Of a DNA stretch of 64,000 nucleotides, positions 55,247 to 64,000 are shown in pieces (position 1 is the first letter of the stretch; every line of letters starts with the position of its first letter). This DNA is from Elusimicrobiota bacterium. GTDB taxonomy: Bacteria; Elusimicrobiota; Elusimicrobia; Elusimicrobiales; UBA9959. Both the position numbers and the translations under genes were made by a program. Location of the stretch: positions 1-64,000 of the forward strand of contig DAIENX010000002.1 in NCBI GenBank assembly GCA_027340875.1. Direction: 5' to 3'. A model generated the notes under the pieces. The model saw only the letters and a program-made list of their open reading frames with translations, made no database searches and had not been told where the DNA came from.

Positions 55247-57211
55247 CTACTTCACCATCTTGCGGGCCGTCTCGGCTATCCTGCGCGCGGTAAGGCCGAG
55301 CGCCTCATAGGCCTTTTCGGCCGGCGCCGACTTGCCGAACGTTTCCACTCCTACTGTCTCCACGTCGCCGCCGATCAGGTCGCGCCAGCCGGCGGACCTG
55401 CCGGCCTCCACGGCCACCTTCGGGAGCTCCGGTATGAACACGGAGTCGCGGTATGCCTTGTCCTGCCCGAGGAACAGCTCGAAGGACGGTACGGATATGA
55501 TGCGCGCCCCGATGCCTTCCTTCTCCAGGAGGGCGGCGTCCTCGAACAGCAGCTGAACTTCCGAGCCGGAGCCGACCAGCTCCACTGACGGGACTATCGA
55601 CGGGCCGCGCAGCAGGTAAGCGCCGCGCTTGACCCCGGCCGCTATCTTTTCGCGGTACTGGCCCATCAGCGGCAGCTTCTGGCGGGACAGGGCCAGGCAG
55701 GCCGGGCGGCCGGAACGGACCGCCGCCTCCCAGGCATAGAGCGTCTCCCAGGCGTCGGCCGGGCGCAGCACCGTCAGGTCCGGTATCAGCCTCAGGCTCA
55801 TCAGGTGCTCTACGGGCTGGTGGGTAGGGCCGTCCTCGCCCACGCCTATGCTGTCGTGCGTGAAGACGAACACCGCGGGCGCCTTCATCAGCGCGGCCAG
55901 GCGCAGGGCCGGCCTCATATAGTCGGAGAATACCAGGAAGGTAGCGCCGAAGGGTATCAGCCCTCCGTGCAGGGCCAGGCCGTTGAGGACCGAGCCCATC
56001 GCGTGCTCGCGGATGCCGAAATGCAGCGTGCGCTCCGGCTCCTTGAGGAAGTCCGTCTTCGTCGAGGGGCCCAGGTCGGCCGAGCCGCCTGTGAGGCCCG
56101 GGAGCTTTTCGGCCATGAGGTTTATAACCTTGCCCGAGGCCTCGCGGGTCGCGAGCGGCTTGTCGAAGAACTCGGGGCCTGGCTCGAACAGCCCGTCGGG
56201 TATCTCCCGGCCGAGCATGGCCTTGGCCAGCTCCGCCTTCTCCGGGAGGGCCTCTGAATAGTTCTTCCAGAGCTTCAGCCAGCGCTTGCGGTCGCGCTCA
56301 CCGGCGGCGGCCAGCTCGGCGAAGCGGGCCTTGGCCTCCTCCGGAACGCAGAACTGCTGGTCGGGATCGCAGCCGAGAGTCCTCTTCGTGGCCTGTATCT
56401 CGTCGGGCTTGAGCGGCTCGCCGTGCACCGAATTCCTGTCCTGCTTGGGACTGCCGAAGCCGATATGGGTCTTCGCGATTATCAGGGAGGGCTTCTCCTC
56501 TTCGCGCTTGGCCTTCTTGATCGCGTTGTCCACCTCGGCGAGGTCGTTGCCGTCCTCCACCTCTATCACCTGCCAGTCCTGCGCCTGGAAGCGCTTCTTA
56601 ACGTCCTCGGTGAAGGTCAGGGCCGTGGAGCCCTCTATCGTGATGCCGTTGGAGTCGTAGAGGCAGATCAGCTTGCCCAGCTTCCAGTGGCCGGCCAGCG
56701 AAGCGGCCTCGTACGAGACTCCCTCCATCAGGTCCCCGTCGCCGCAGAGCACGTAGGTATGGTGGTTGACCAGCTGGAACTCGGGGGTGTTAAGCTTCCC
56801 GGCCAGCAGTTTCTCGGCCAGGGCCATGCCGACGGCCGAGGCGAAGCCCTGGCCCAGCGGACCGGTGGTCATCTCCACGCCCTTGGTGTGGCCGTATTCC
56901 GGATGGCCCGGGGTCAGGCTGTCGAGCTGGCGGAAATCCTTGAGGTCGTCCATCGTCAGGCCGAAGCCGTACATGAACAGCATCGAGTAGAGCAGCGAGG
57001 AGCCGTGCCCGGCGGAGAGCACGAAGCGGTCCCGGTCGAACCAGCCGGGGTCTGAGGGGGAGATCCTCAGGTGCCCCGCCCAGATGGCGTACGCCAGCGG
57101 GGCGGCGCCCAGTGGCAGTCCGGGGTGGCCGGAGTTGGCCTTTCCCACCATGTCTATGGAAAGGGTCCGCAGGGTCTCCACGCAGAGCTTGTCGGTGTTG
57201 TCGAATTTCAT
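55247..57211 (-). CDS. tkt: Transketolase
   Basis: ANSGHPG, DRFVLSAGH, TPGHPE, TTGPLGQG, GDGDLMEG, FGIREHAM, GEDGPTHQPVE. Confidence 0.97.
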   Translation of the reverse strand: MKFDNTDKLCVETLRTLSIDMVGKANSGHPGLPLGAAPLAYAIWAGHLRISPSDPGWFDRDRFVLSAGHGSSLLYSMLFMYGFGLTMDDLKDFRQLDSLTPGHPEYGHTKGVEMTTGPLGQGFASAVGMALAEKLLAGKLNTPEFQLVNHHTYVLCGDGDLMEGVSYEAASLAGHWKLGKLICLYDSNGITIEGSTALTFTEDVKKRFQAQDWQVIEVEDGNDLAEVDNAIKKAKREEEKPSLIIAKTHIGFGSPKQDRNSVHGEPLKPDEIQATKRTLGCDPDQQFCVPEEAKARFAELAAAGERDRKRWLKLWKNYSEALPEKAELAKAMLGREIPDGLFEPGPEFFDKPLATREASGKVINLMAEKLPGLTGGSADLGPSTKTDFLKEPERTLHFGIREHAMGSVLNGLALHGGLIPFGATFLVFSDYMRPALRLAALMKAPAVFVFTHDSIGVGEDGPTHQPVEHLMSLRLIPDLTVLRPADAWETLYAWEAAVRSGRPACLALSRQKLPLMGQYREKIAAGVKRGAYLLRGPSIVPSVELVGSGSEVQLLFEDAALLEKEGIGARIISVPSFELFLGQDKAYRDSVFIPELPKVAVEAGRSAGWRDLIGGDVETVGVETFGKSAPAEKAYEALGLTARRIAETARKMVK

Positions 57212-57759
57212 TTTCTCTCCAGTAGGCTGATCTTCCAGGCCTGCAGGGCTATGACCGTCTTCGAGTCGCGTATCTTGCCGGTCCTGACCATGCGCCAGGC
57301 TTTTTTGAAAGGGATGGTCTCGAGCGTGAGGAACTCGTCCTCGTCGGGCTCGGGCTTGCCGCCGGCGAGGCCGGTGGCGAAATAGATGTGCAGCACCTCG
57401 GTGGAGAAGGCGGGGGTGGGCCAGTAGGAGAGGATGCGGTATATCTTCTTCGCGGTGTAGCCGGTCTCTTCCTTGAGCTCCGCCTTCACGCGCGCGAGCG
57501 GGCTGTCCTTGGCCGAATGGAGCTTGCCTGCCGGTATCTCCAGCGTGACCTGGCCTACCGGGTAGCGGAACTGGCGGACGAAGACTATGCGGCCGTCGGA
57601 GAGCACCGGCAGCACGGCGACCGCGCCCGGGTGGTCGACGAACTCGCGGGTGGCTTTTTTCCCGTTCGGTATGGTTACGGTATCCGCGCGGAAATTTACG
57701 GTGCCGGAAAAGATAAGCCGCTTCTTATGCCTTTTCTCGGTATAAGGATGAACGGCCAT
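57208..57759 (-). CDS. NUDIX hydrolase (ADP-ribose pyrophosphatase, NudF-like)
   Basis: REFVDHPGAV, QFRYP, EIPAGK...ELKEETGY, DEDE, DSKT; start placed at MAVHP. Confidence 0.88.
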   Translation of the reverse strand: MAVHPYTEKRHKKRLIFSGTVNFRADTVTIPNGKKATREFVDHPGAVAVLPVLSDGRIVFVRQFRYPVGQVTLEIPAGKLHSAKDSPLARVKAELKEETGYTAKKIYRILSYWPTPAFSTEVLHIYFATGLAGGKPEPDEDEFLTLETIPFKKAWRMVRTGKIRDSKTVIALQAWKISLLERK

Positions 57760-58067
57760 ATAACGATTATATAAATTCCGTAACCCCCGCGCCTTGACCA
57801 AAGTTCCGTGTCGCTCATCAGCGGTCAAATCTTGGAGAGTGAGAGACAAAGACAGATATGTTTTGAGAAGCCGCCGTGGAGCCCCGGCGGTTTTGTTTTC
57901 AGGGGAGATCGATGGCGGCGCGCACGGTGTGCGCGACCGCGTGCCTGAAGACCCGATACCACGCCAGCGCCGTTCCAGGCGGGGATTTCCCATAGGTCCT
58001 ATTTTATTTATATAATTAAAGTCCGCGGTCAGGGAAACCGCGGGTTTTTCGTTTTCAAATATCTGTA

Positions 58068-61000
58068 ATGGCTCCGGAATTCATTCACCTCCATAACCAC
58101 TCCGAGTACTCGCTGCTCGACGGGATGCTGCGCATCTCCGACGGTCACGGCGGCCCCTCTGAATTCCTGAAGGGTCTCGCCGCCCAGCCCGGCAACGCCT
58201 TCGCTCTGACCGACCACGGCAACATGTACGGCGCGATGGAGTTCTATTTCATAGCCCAGAGCCTGGGGCTCAAGCCCATCGTCGGCTGCGAATGCTACAT
58301 CGCCCGCGGCTCGCGCAAGGACAAGGAGAAGGGGACCACCCGCCGCGACAACGGCCACATGACCGTGCTCGCGAAGAACGAGACAGGCTACAAGAATCTG
58401 ATGAAGATGGTCTCCGCCTCGTTCATCGAAGGCTTCTACCACGATCCCCGCATAGACGAGGAGCTGCTCGAGAAGCACAAGGAAGGCCTCGTCTGCCTCT
58501 CCGGCTGCCTGAAGTCGCACGTAGCGCGCAATTGCGCCGAGGGCAAGATCGACGAGGCGGTCAAGCTCGCCTCCCGCTATAACGACATCCTCGGCAAGGG
58601 CAACTTCTACCTGGAACTGATGGACCACAACATCCCCGAGGAGCAGGCGGCCATGGCCGGTCTCCTCGAGACGGCCAAACGCACCGGGATACCTCTCGTC
58701 GCCACCAACGACTGTCATTACCAGAAGAAAGAGGACTGGGAGGCGCACGACGCCCATATCTGCATCTCCACCGGCGCGCTGATGGATGACCCGGACCGCA
58801 TGCGCATGACCACGCATGAACTCTATTACAAGTCCCCGGCGGAGATGATAAAGCTCTTCTCGCATACCCCGGAGGCCGTGAAGAACACCCTCGTCATAGC
58901 CGACATGTGCAACCTCAAGGTGGACAACAGCAAGCTGCACCTGCCCGCCTTCGACATTCCCGCCGAGTACAAGGCCAAATACGGCGACGAGGGGGACTTC
59001 CACTATCTGAAGGACCTTTGCGAAGAAGGCCTGCGCAAGAAGGTGCCTAACGCCGGGGAGGAGTACCGGAAGCGTCTCGAGTTCGAGCTGGATACCATCA
59101 AGAAGATGGGCTTCTCCAGCTACTTCCTGATAGTGATGGACTTCATCAGGCACGGCCGCAGCGTAGGCGTTCCCGTGGGCCCGGGCCGCGGCTCCGGCGC
59201 CGGCGCGCTGGTCGCCTACACGCTGGACATCACGCGGGTAGATCCGCTGCCCAACTCCCTGCTGTTCGAGCGTTTCCTCAACCCGGGCCGCAAGAGCATG
59301 CCAGACCTGGACATCGACTTTTCCGACGAGGGCCGCGAGCGGGTGGTGCAGTACGTGCGCGAGAAGTACGGCTCCTCGCGCGTGGCGAACATTATCACCT
59401 ACGGCACCATCAAGGCCAAGAGCGCCATTCGGGACGTCGGCCGCGTGATGGGCATACCGCTCGCCGACGTCAACGCGATAGCCAAACTGATCCCCGGCGA
59501 CCCGAAGGCCACCCTCTTCAAGTCCATCAACGACAGCAGCGAGTTGAAGGGCTTCATGCGGGACCCGAAGCTCAAGAAGATGTTCGACATCGCGATGAAG
59601 GTGGAGGGCCTGCGCCGGCACACCGGAGTGCACGCCGCGGGCGTCGTCATTTCCAAGGACGACGTGACCGACTACGTCCCGCTCGCCAACCGCAACACCA
59701 AGGAGATCATCACCACGCAGTACGACGGCAACATGCTGGGCTCGCTCGGCATGCTGAAGGTGGACTTCCTCGGCCTGCGCACGCTTTCGGTCATTGAGAC
59801 CGCCTCCGAGTTCATACGCACGCTGCCCGGCAAGTCGGATTTTGACATATATTCCATCCCGATGGACGACAAGGCCACGTTCGACCTGCTCTGCGAGGGC
59901 CGGACCACCGGCGTGTTCCAGCTGGAAAGCGAGGGCATGAAGAAGCTGGTCAAGGGTCTAAAACCCACGGTCTTCAGCGACATCGCGGCCCTCGTGGCGC
60001 TATACCGCCCCGGCCCGATAGAGAGCGGCATGCTCGAGATGTTCGTCGAGCGCAAGCACGGCCGCAAGAGGATCGTCTACGACCACCCGCTGCTCGAGCC
60101 CATCCTGAAGGACACCTACGGTACGATGGTGTAACAGGAACAGGTGATGGAGATAGCCAAGAGCATGGCCAAGTTCACTCCGAGCGAGGCCGACGACTTC
60201 CGCAAGGCGATGGGCAAGAAGAAACTGGACGTGATGGAGAAGCTGCGCGAGAAGTTCATCAGGCAGTCCAAGGAGCACCACGACGTCCCGAACAAGCTCT
60301 CCGCCAAGATATTCGACGACATGGCCAAGTTCGCGGGCTACGGCTTCAATAAGTCCCATTCCGTAGCCTATGCCCTGGTGGCCTACCAGACCGCGTGGCT
60401 GAAGGCCAACTACCCCACCGAGTTCATGGCCGCGCTGCTGACCAGCGAGATCGGCCACAGCCCTATCGGCTCCGAGGACAAGGAGAACAAGCTGGTGACC
60501 TATATCGGAGAGGCCCAGGACATGGAGATAGGGATCCTGGGGCCGAGCGTGAACCGCTCCCAAAAGCGCTTTTCCATAGAGCCCCATAACGGCAAGCCCG
60601 CCATCCGCTTCGCGCTGACCGCGGTGAAGAACGTAGGTGAGGGCGTCGTGGAGGCTATGGTGGCCGAGCGCGCCAAGAACGGCCCGTTCCGCTCTTTCGA
60701 GGAGTTCACGCTGCGGGCGGATTCCAAGCAGCTCAACAAGCGCGTGCTGGAATCCCTGGCCAAGGGCGGCGCCTTCGACTGCTTCTACCCGGCCGAGAAG
60801 GCCGAGATCTCGCGGACGAAGGCGATGGAGGCCTACGAGTCCTTCTGCGGCGGCAAGGGCTCTTACGACTGCAACCAGACCATGCTGTTCGCGGAAGAGA
60901 AGAAGGAAGCGCCCGTGATGAACGAACACACGCTGCTGAAGAACGAGCGCGAGGTGCTGGGCTTCTATTTCTCCGGCCACCCGCTGAACAGCTACCGCCG

Positions 61001-61580
61001 CCATCTGGCCATGGTCTCGAACGCCCCGGTGGAGAAGGTGCTGGCCGGCGCTTTCGCCGAAGGGGCGGTCGTGCGCGTGGCCGGCATCGTGGCCCAGTTC
61101 AAGAGCATGCAGACCAAGAAGACCGGCGAGCCGATGGCCAAGTTCGAGGTGGAGGACCTGACCGGGAACCTCGGCGTCTGCCTGTTCCCCAAGAAGTACA
61201 AGGTCTACGGTCCGCAGCTCGGACCCAACAAGGTCGTAGTGGTCGCCGGCAAGGTGCAGAAATCTGATTTCGGTGAGCAGAATTACGAGCTGATAGCAGA
61301 GGAGGCCTACAGCCTCTTCGACGCGATGAACAAGTGGGCCAGGGGGCTGGTGGTCAAGCTGCCGGAAGGCATACTCTTCGACGAAAAGCAGCTGCACGAG
61401 CTCAAGACGCTGCTCGGGCGCAACCACGGCATGTGCCCGGTCTATTTCCAGGTGGACGCCAAGGGGCGCGGCACCTACCTGATAGAGACGACGGAGCGGG
61501 TGGAGCTCGGCGACGAGCTTCTGAGGGAGATAGAGAGGCTGCTCGGAGACAAGACATGGAAAGTGGAAAGCGGATCCTGA
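58068..61580 (+). CDS. dnaE: DNA polymerase III alpha subunit, interrupted by one in-frame TAA at 60132-60134
   Basis: PHP (HLHNHSEYSLLDG), GPGRGSGAG, PDLDID, HAAG, KVDFLGL, TYGTMV*QEQVM, FAGYGFNKSH, OB fold; both ORFs are in the same frame. Confidence 0.93.
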
Positions 61581-61930
61581 TAGCCGACGACGACCCGGAC
61601 CTGATAGACCTGCTGGAAACCTACTTCCGCAGGCAGGGCTTCGACGTTACCGCCAAGGTCAACGGTAAGGACGCGCTGCAGGCGGCCGAGTCCGACAGGT
61701 TCGACCTTGTGCTGCTGGACGTGATGATGCCGTATATAGACGGCTACCACGTGGCCAGCGAGATCTCCTCCCGACTCGGGACCAACGCGCCCAAGATCAT
61801 CATAATGACCTCGAGGGACACTTCGAGCGAGCGCGGCATCGCCCTGCTGAGCGGCGCCAACGAGATAGTGCAGAAGCCCTTCTCGCTGGAGGACATGGAC
61901 GCCAAGGTGAAGGCCGTGCTCGGGACGTGA
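61556..61930 (+). CDS. Single-domain response regulator
   Basis: ILIADDD, LLDVMMP.IDG, KPF. Confidence 0.9.
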   Translation: MESGKRILIADDDPDLIDLLETYFRRQGFDVTAKVNGKDALQAAESDRFDLVLLDVMMPYIDGYHVASEISSRLGTNAPKIIIMTSRDTSSERGIALLSGANEIVQKPFSLEDMDAKVKAVLGT

Positions 61931-61964
61931 CCCGCGGCGCAGAAATAAACTCAAGGAAGGTAAG

Positions 61965-62708
61965 ATGAAAAAACTCAACCTCGTACTGGCCATGCTCCTC
62001 GTCCTGCCGGCGCTCGCCGCCGCGAAGGACGACGGCGGGGAAGCTGTCGTCCTCCCGGACACGGAGATGATAGACATCCCGACCGCCGGCATACTGGACT
62101 ACTACGGCTTCATGCTGAAGACCCGTTTCTACTCCGCCGGCGGGGTGCTCGGCGGGATCAACTTCGGCGTGCAGGAGCGGCTGAACCTGGGCGCCTCGAT
62201 GCTGGTGGACAGGCTGGTCGGCTCGGATTCCCCTATTAAGATGCGCCGTCCCGAGATCCGCGTCAAGTTCCGCTTCTCCGACGGCGGCTATTACATCCCG
62301 GCCATGGCCGTAGGTTACGACGGACAGGGCTACTACTACGACCCGGCGGCCAAGAAGTACCTGGAGAAGGGGCACGGGCTCTACCTGGTGGGCTCCAAGG
62401 AAGTGCTCGCCCCAGGCCTGGCCGTGCACGGCGGCTTCAACGTCTCGGACTTCGACAAGCAGTACCTGTTCGGCTTCCTGGGCGTAAACTACACGCTGGA
62501 GGACAAGGTGGCCTTCATGGTGGAGGAGGACAACCTCTTTCACACTGACGACCCTTCCAGGCTCAACATCGGCACGCGCCTCTACGTTACGCCCTACTTC
62601 CAGCTGGACTTCGGCGTGCGCGAGATAAACCGCAGCGGGCGCTACTCCAACGGTCTCAAGCGCCGCGCGGAGCGCATAGTGCAGATGCGCTATAACACCA
62701 GTTTCTGA
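61965..62708 (+). CDS. Outer-membrane beta-barrel protein (YjbH-like)
   Basis: Signal peptide; IDIPTAGIL; PAMAVG; LYLVGSK; alternating beta strands; terminal Phe. Confidence 0.6.
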   Translation: MKKLNLVLAMLLVLPALAAAKDDGGEAVVLPDTEMIDIPTAGILDYYGFMLKTRFYSAGGVLGGINFGVQERLNLGASMLVDRLVGSDSPIKMRRPEIRVKFRFSDGGYYIPAMAVGYDGQGYYYDPAAKKYLEKGHGLYLVGSKEVLAPGLAVHGGFNVSDFDKQYLFGFLGVNYTLEDKVAFMVEEDNLFHTDDPSRLNIGTRLYVTPYFQLDFGVREINRSGRYSNGLKRRAERIVQMRYNTSF

Positions 62709-62740
62709 CCTTATCCGGACTTATTACCAAGGAGACGAAA

Positions 62741-63775
62741 ATGAGCAAGAAAATAGCTATCCTTACCGGCGGCGGGGACTGCCCCGGCCTGAACCCGGCC
62801 ATAAAGGGCTGCGTCTGGGCGGCGGAGAAGTTCGGGTTCGAATGCATAGGCCTCAACGACGGCTGGAAGGGCCTGGTGGACGGCCTGACCACGCCGCTGA
62901 ACCGCGAACTGACCGAGTACGCGATAACCCAGGGCGGCACGATGCTCGGAACCTCCCGTACCAACCCCTTCAAGAACGAGGATAACGTAAAGAAGTGTCT
63001 GGACACGTTCAAAAAGCTGGACCTGCACGCGCTGGTCGCGATGGGCGGCGAGGACACCCTTGGCGTGGCCACCCGCTTCTACAGGGACCACGAGCTCAAC
63101 GTGGTCGGCGTGCCTAAGACGATGGACAACGACCTGAACGCCACCGACTATACTTTCGGCTTCGACACTTCCGTTACCAAGGCGATGGAGGCCGCCGCCT
63201 CCCTGATGGATACCGGCCGCAGCCACCGGCGCGTGATGGTGCTCGAGGTCATGGGCCGCCATGCCGGCTGGGTGGCGTTGTTCACCGCCATCGCGGCCGC
63301 GGCCGACTTCGTCTGTATCCCGGAGAGAACGATAGACACGGAGGCCATGCTGAAGAAGATCAGGGGCTCCTACGCCCGCAAGAGGTTCGCGCTGGTGGTC
63401 ACCAGCGAGGCTTCCGAACTGCCGGCGGTCGGAGAGGGCGAGCAGAAGCGCGAGCTCGACCAGTTCGGCCACGTGATCCTCAAGGACCGCGGCATGGGCG
63501 AGCGCATAGCCTCATTCATAGAGAAGAACACCGGCCTGGAGACCCGCTCGGCGGTGATAGGCCACATGCAGCGCGGCGGCGCGCCCACGCTGTTCGACCG
63601 CATGCTCGGAGTGCGCGTCGGCGTCAAGGCGGCCGAGTTGGTGCGCGACGGCAAGTTCGGCCAGATGTCCGCCCTGGTGGGCAATCAGATAGTCGGCGTG
63701 CCGCTGGAAAAGGCCACCGGAGAGCTCAAGACCGTCTCCAAGGACTGGGACGAGCTCATGACGGTGTTGTTCTAG
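62741..63775 (+). CDS. pfkA: 6-phosphofructokinase, PfkA family (group III)
   Basis: TGGGDCPGLN, GGTMLGTSR, GGEDT, PKTMDND, EVMGRHAG, GHMQRGG. Confidence 0.93.
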   Translation: MSKKIAILTGGGDCPGLNPAIKGCVWAAEKFGFECIGLNDGWKGLVDGLTTPLNRELTEYAITQGGTMLGTSRTNPFKNEDNVKKCLDTFKKLDLHALVAMGGEDTLGVATRFYRDHELNVVGVPKTMDNDLNATDYTFGFDTSVTKAMEAAASLMDTGRSHRRVMVLEVMGRHAGWVALFTAIAAAADFVCIPERTIDTEAMLKKIRGSYARKRFALVVTSEASELPAVGEGEQKRELDQFGHVILKDRGMGERIASFIEKNTGLETRSAVIGHMQRGGAPTLFDRMLGVRVGVKAAELVRDGKFGQMSALVGNQIVGVPLEKATGELKTVSKDWDELMTVLF

Positions 63776-63784
63776 GAGAGGGAA

Positions 63785-64000
63785 ATGGAAAACGCTCAAG
63801 CCAAGGCGCCGGCCAAGTTCCAGCGCCGGACGATACTGATAAAGAAGCACCTGCAGTACCGCTACATGTCGCTGATCTTCTTCAGCGTACTGCTGGCGTT
63901 CATCGTGGTGGGCCTCGACGTGCTCTGGACGGTCTCTAAGGTCGTCAACGAGCATCCGATGATGCAGCCGCTGCTGGACGAGATGGCTCAGATGGTGCCT
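63785..64000 (+). CDS. Membrane protein, 3' truncated by window
   Basis: RBS GGAGAGG; MENAQAK...RRTILIKKHLQYRY followed by a TM helix; frame open to the window end. Confidence 0.6.
   Translation, partial: MENAQAKAPAKFQRRTILIKKHLQYRYMSLIFFSVLLAFIVVGLDVLWTVSKVVNEHPMMQPLLDEMAQMVP

Noticed and set aside
60132..60134. Genome-wide stop-codon reassignment (TAA as Tyr) or an intein-split dnaE
   Set aside because: TAA ends other genes normally (e.g. the M6 protease, hemN, tlyA), and no intein motifs flank the site
1..64000. Numerous long antisense and overlapping ORFs in the six-frame track (e.g. 6329-7894, 51093-52844, 58029-59633)
   Set aside because: They mirror well-supported genes on the opposite strand and contain no recognisable motifs, as expected at high GC3
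1..64000. CRISPR arrays, tRNA/rRNA genes, prophage, integrase or transposase genes
   Set aside because: No regularly spaced repeats, cloverleaf or rRNA signatures, or mobile-element proteins were recognised by eye

Overview
A GC-rich bacterial chromosomal window from a diderm organism (lptF/lptG and outer-membrane proteins are present). The gene content and style suggest an Elusimicrobiota-like genome, but that is inference only. Housekeeping genes include the pheT end, zapB/zapA, rarA, xseAB, tlyA, rlmD-like, comF, lptFG, tkt, a NUDIX hydrolase, dnaE and pfkA. They are interrupted by accessory blocks: (1) secreted proteases and a GH13 enzyme; (2) a complete heme operon with Leptospira-like gene order (hemA-hemC/D-hemB-hemL-HK-RR-hemE-hemN-hemH-hemY) and a TGACA-N6-TGACA box upstream; (3) a group 3b [NiFe]-hydrogenase operon; (4) a radical SAM/SPASM + methyltransferase + small Cys/Tyr-rich lipoprotein cluster; (5) a 1784-aa SprA-like outer-membrane protein. 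The standout is the hydrogenase operon (26250-34422, minus strand). It has the four structural subunits, a maturation protease, Thermococcales-type HypA and an ATPase-type HypB, but no hypD/hypE/hypF. In their place are the [FeFe]-hydrogenase maturase HydG and a HypC-HydE fusion protein. This suggests a radical-SAM route to the Fe(CO)/(CN) centre of a [NiFe] enzyme that I do not know to have been described. Other items: a 167-bp MITE-like element, a hairpin motif with compensatory changes found in two intergenic regions, several apparently leaderless genes, and an in-frame TAA in dnaE (probably a single-base error). No rRNA, tRNA or CRISPR array was recognised. All family assignments come from motif recognition by eye, not database searches.
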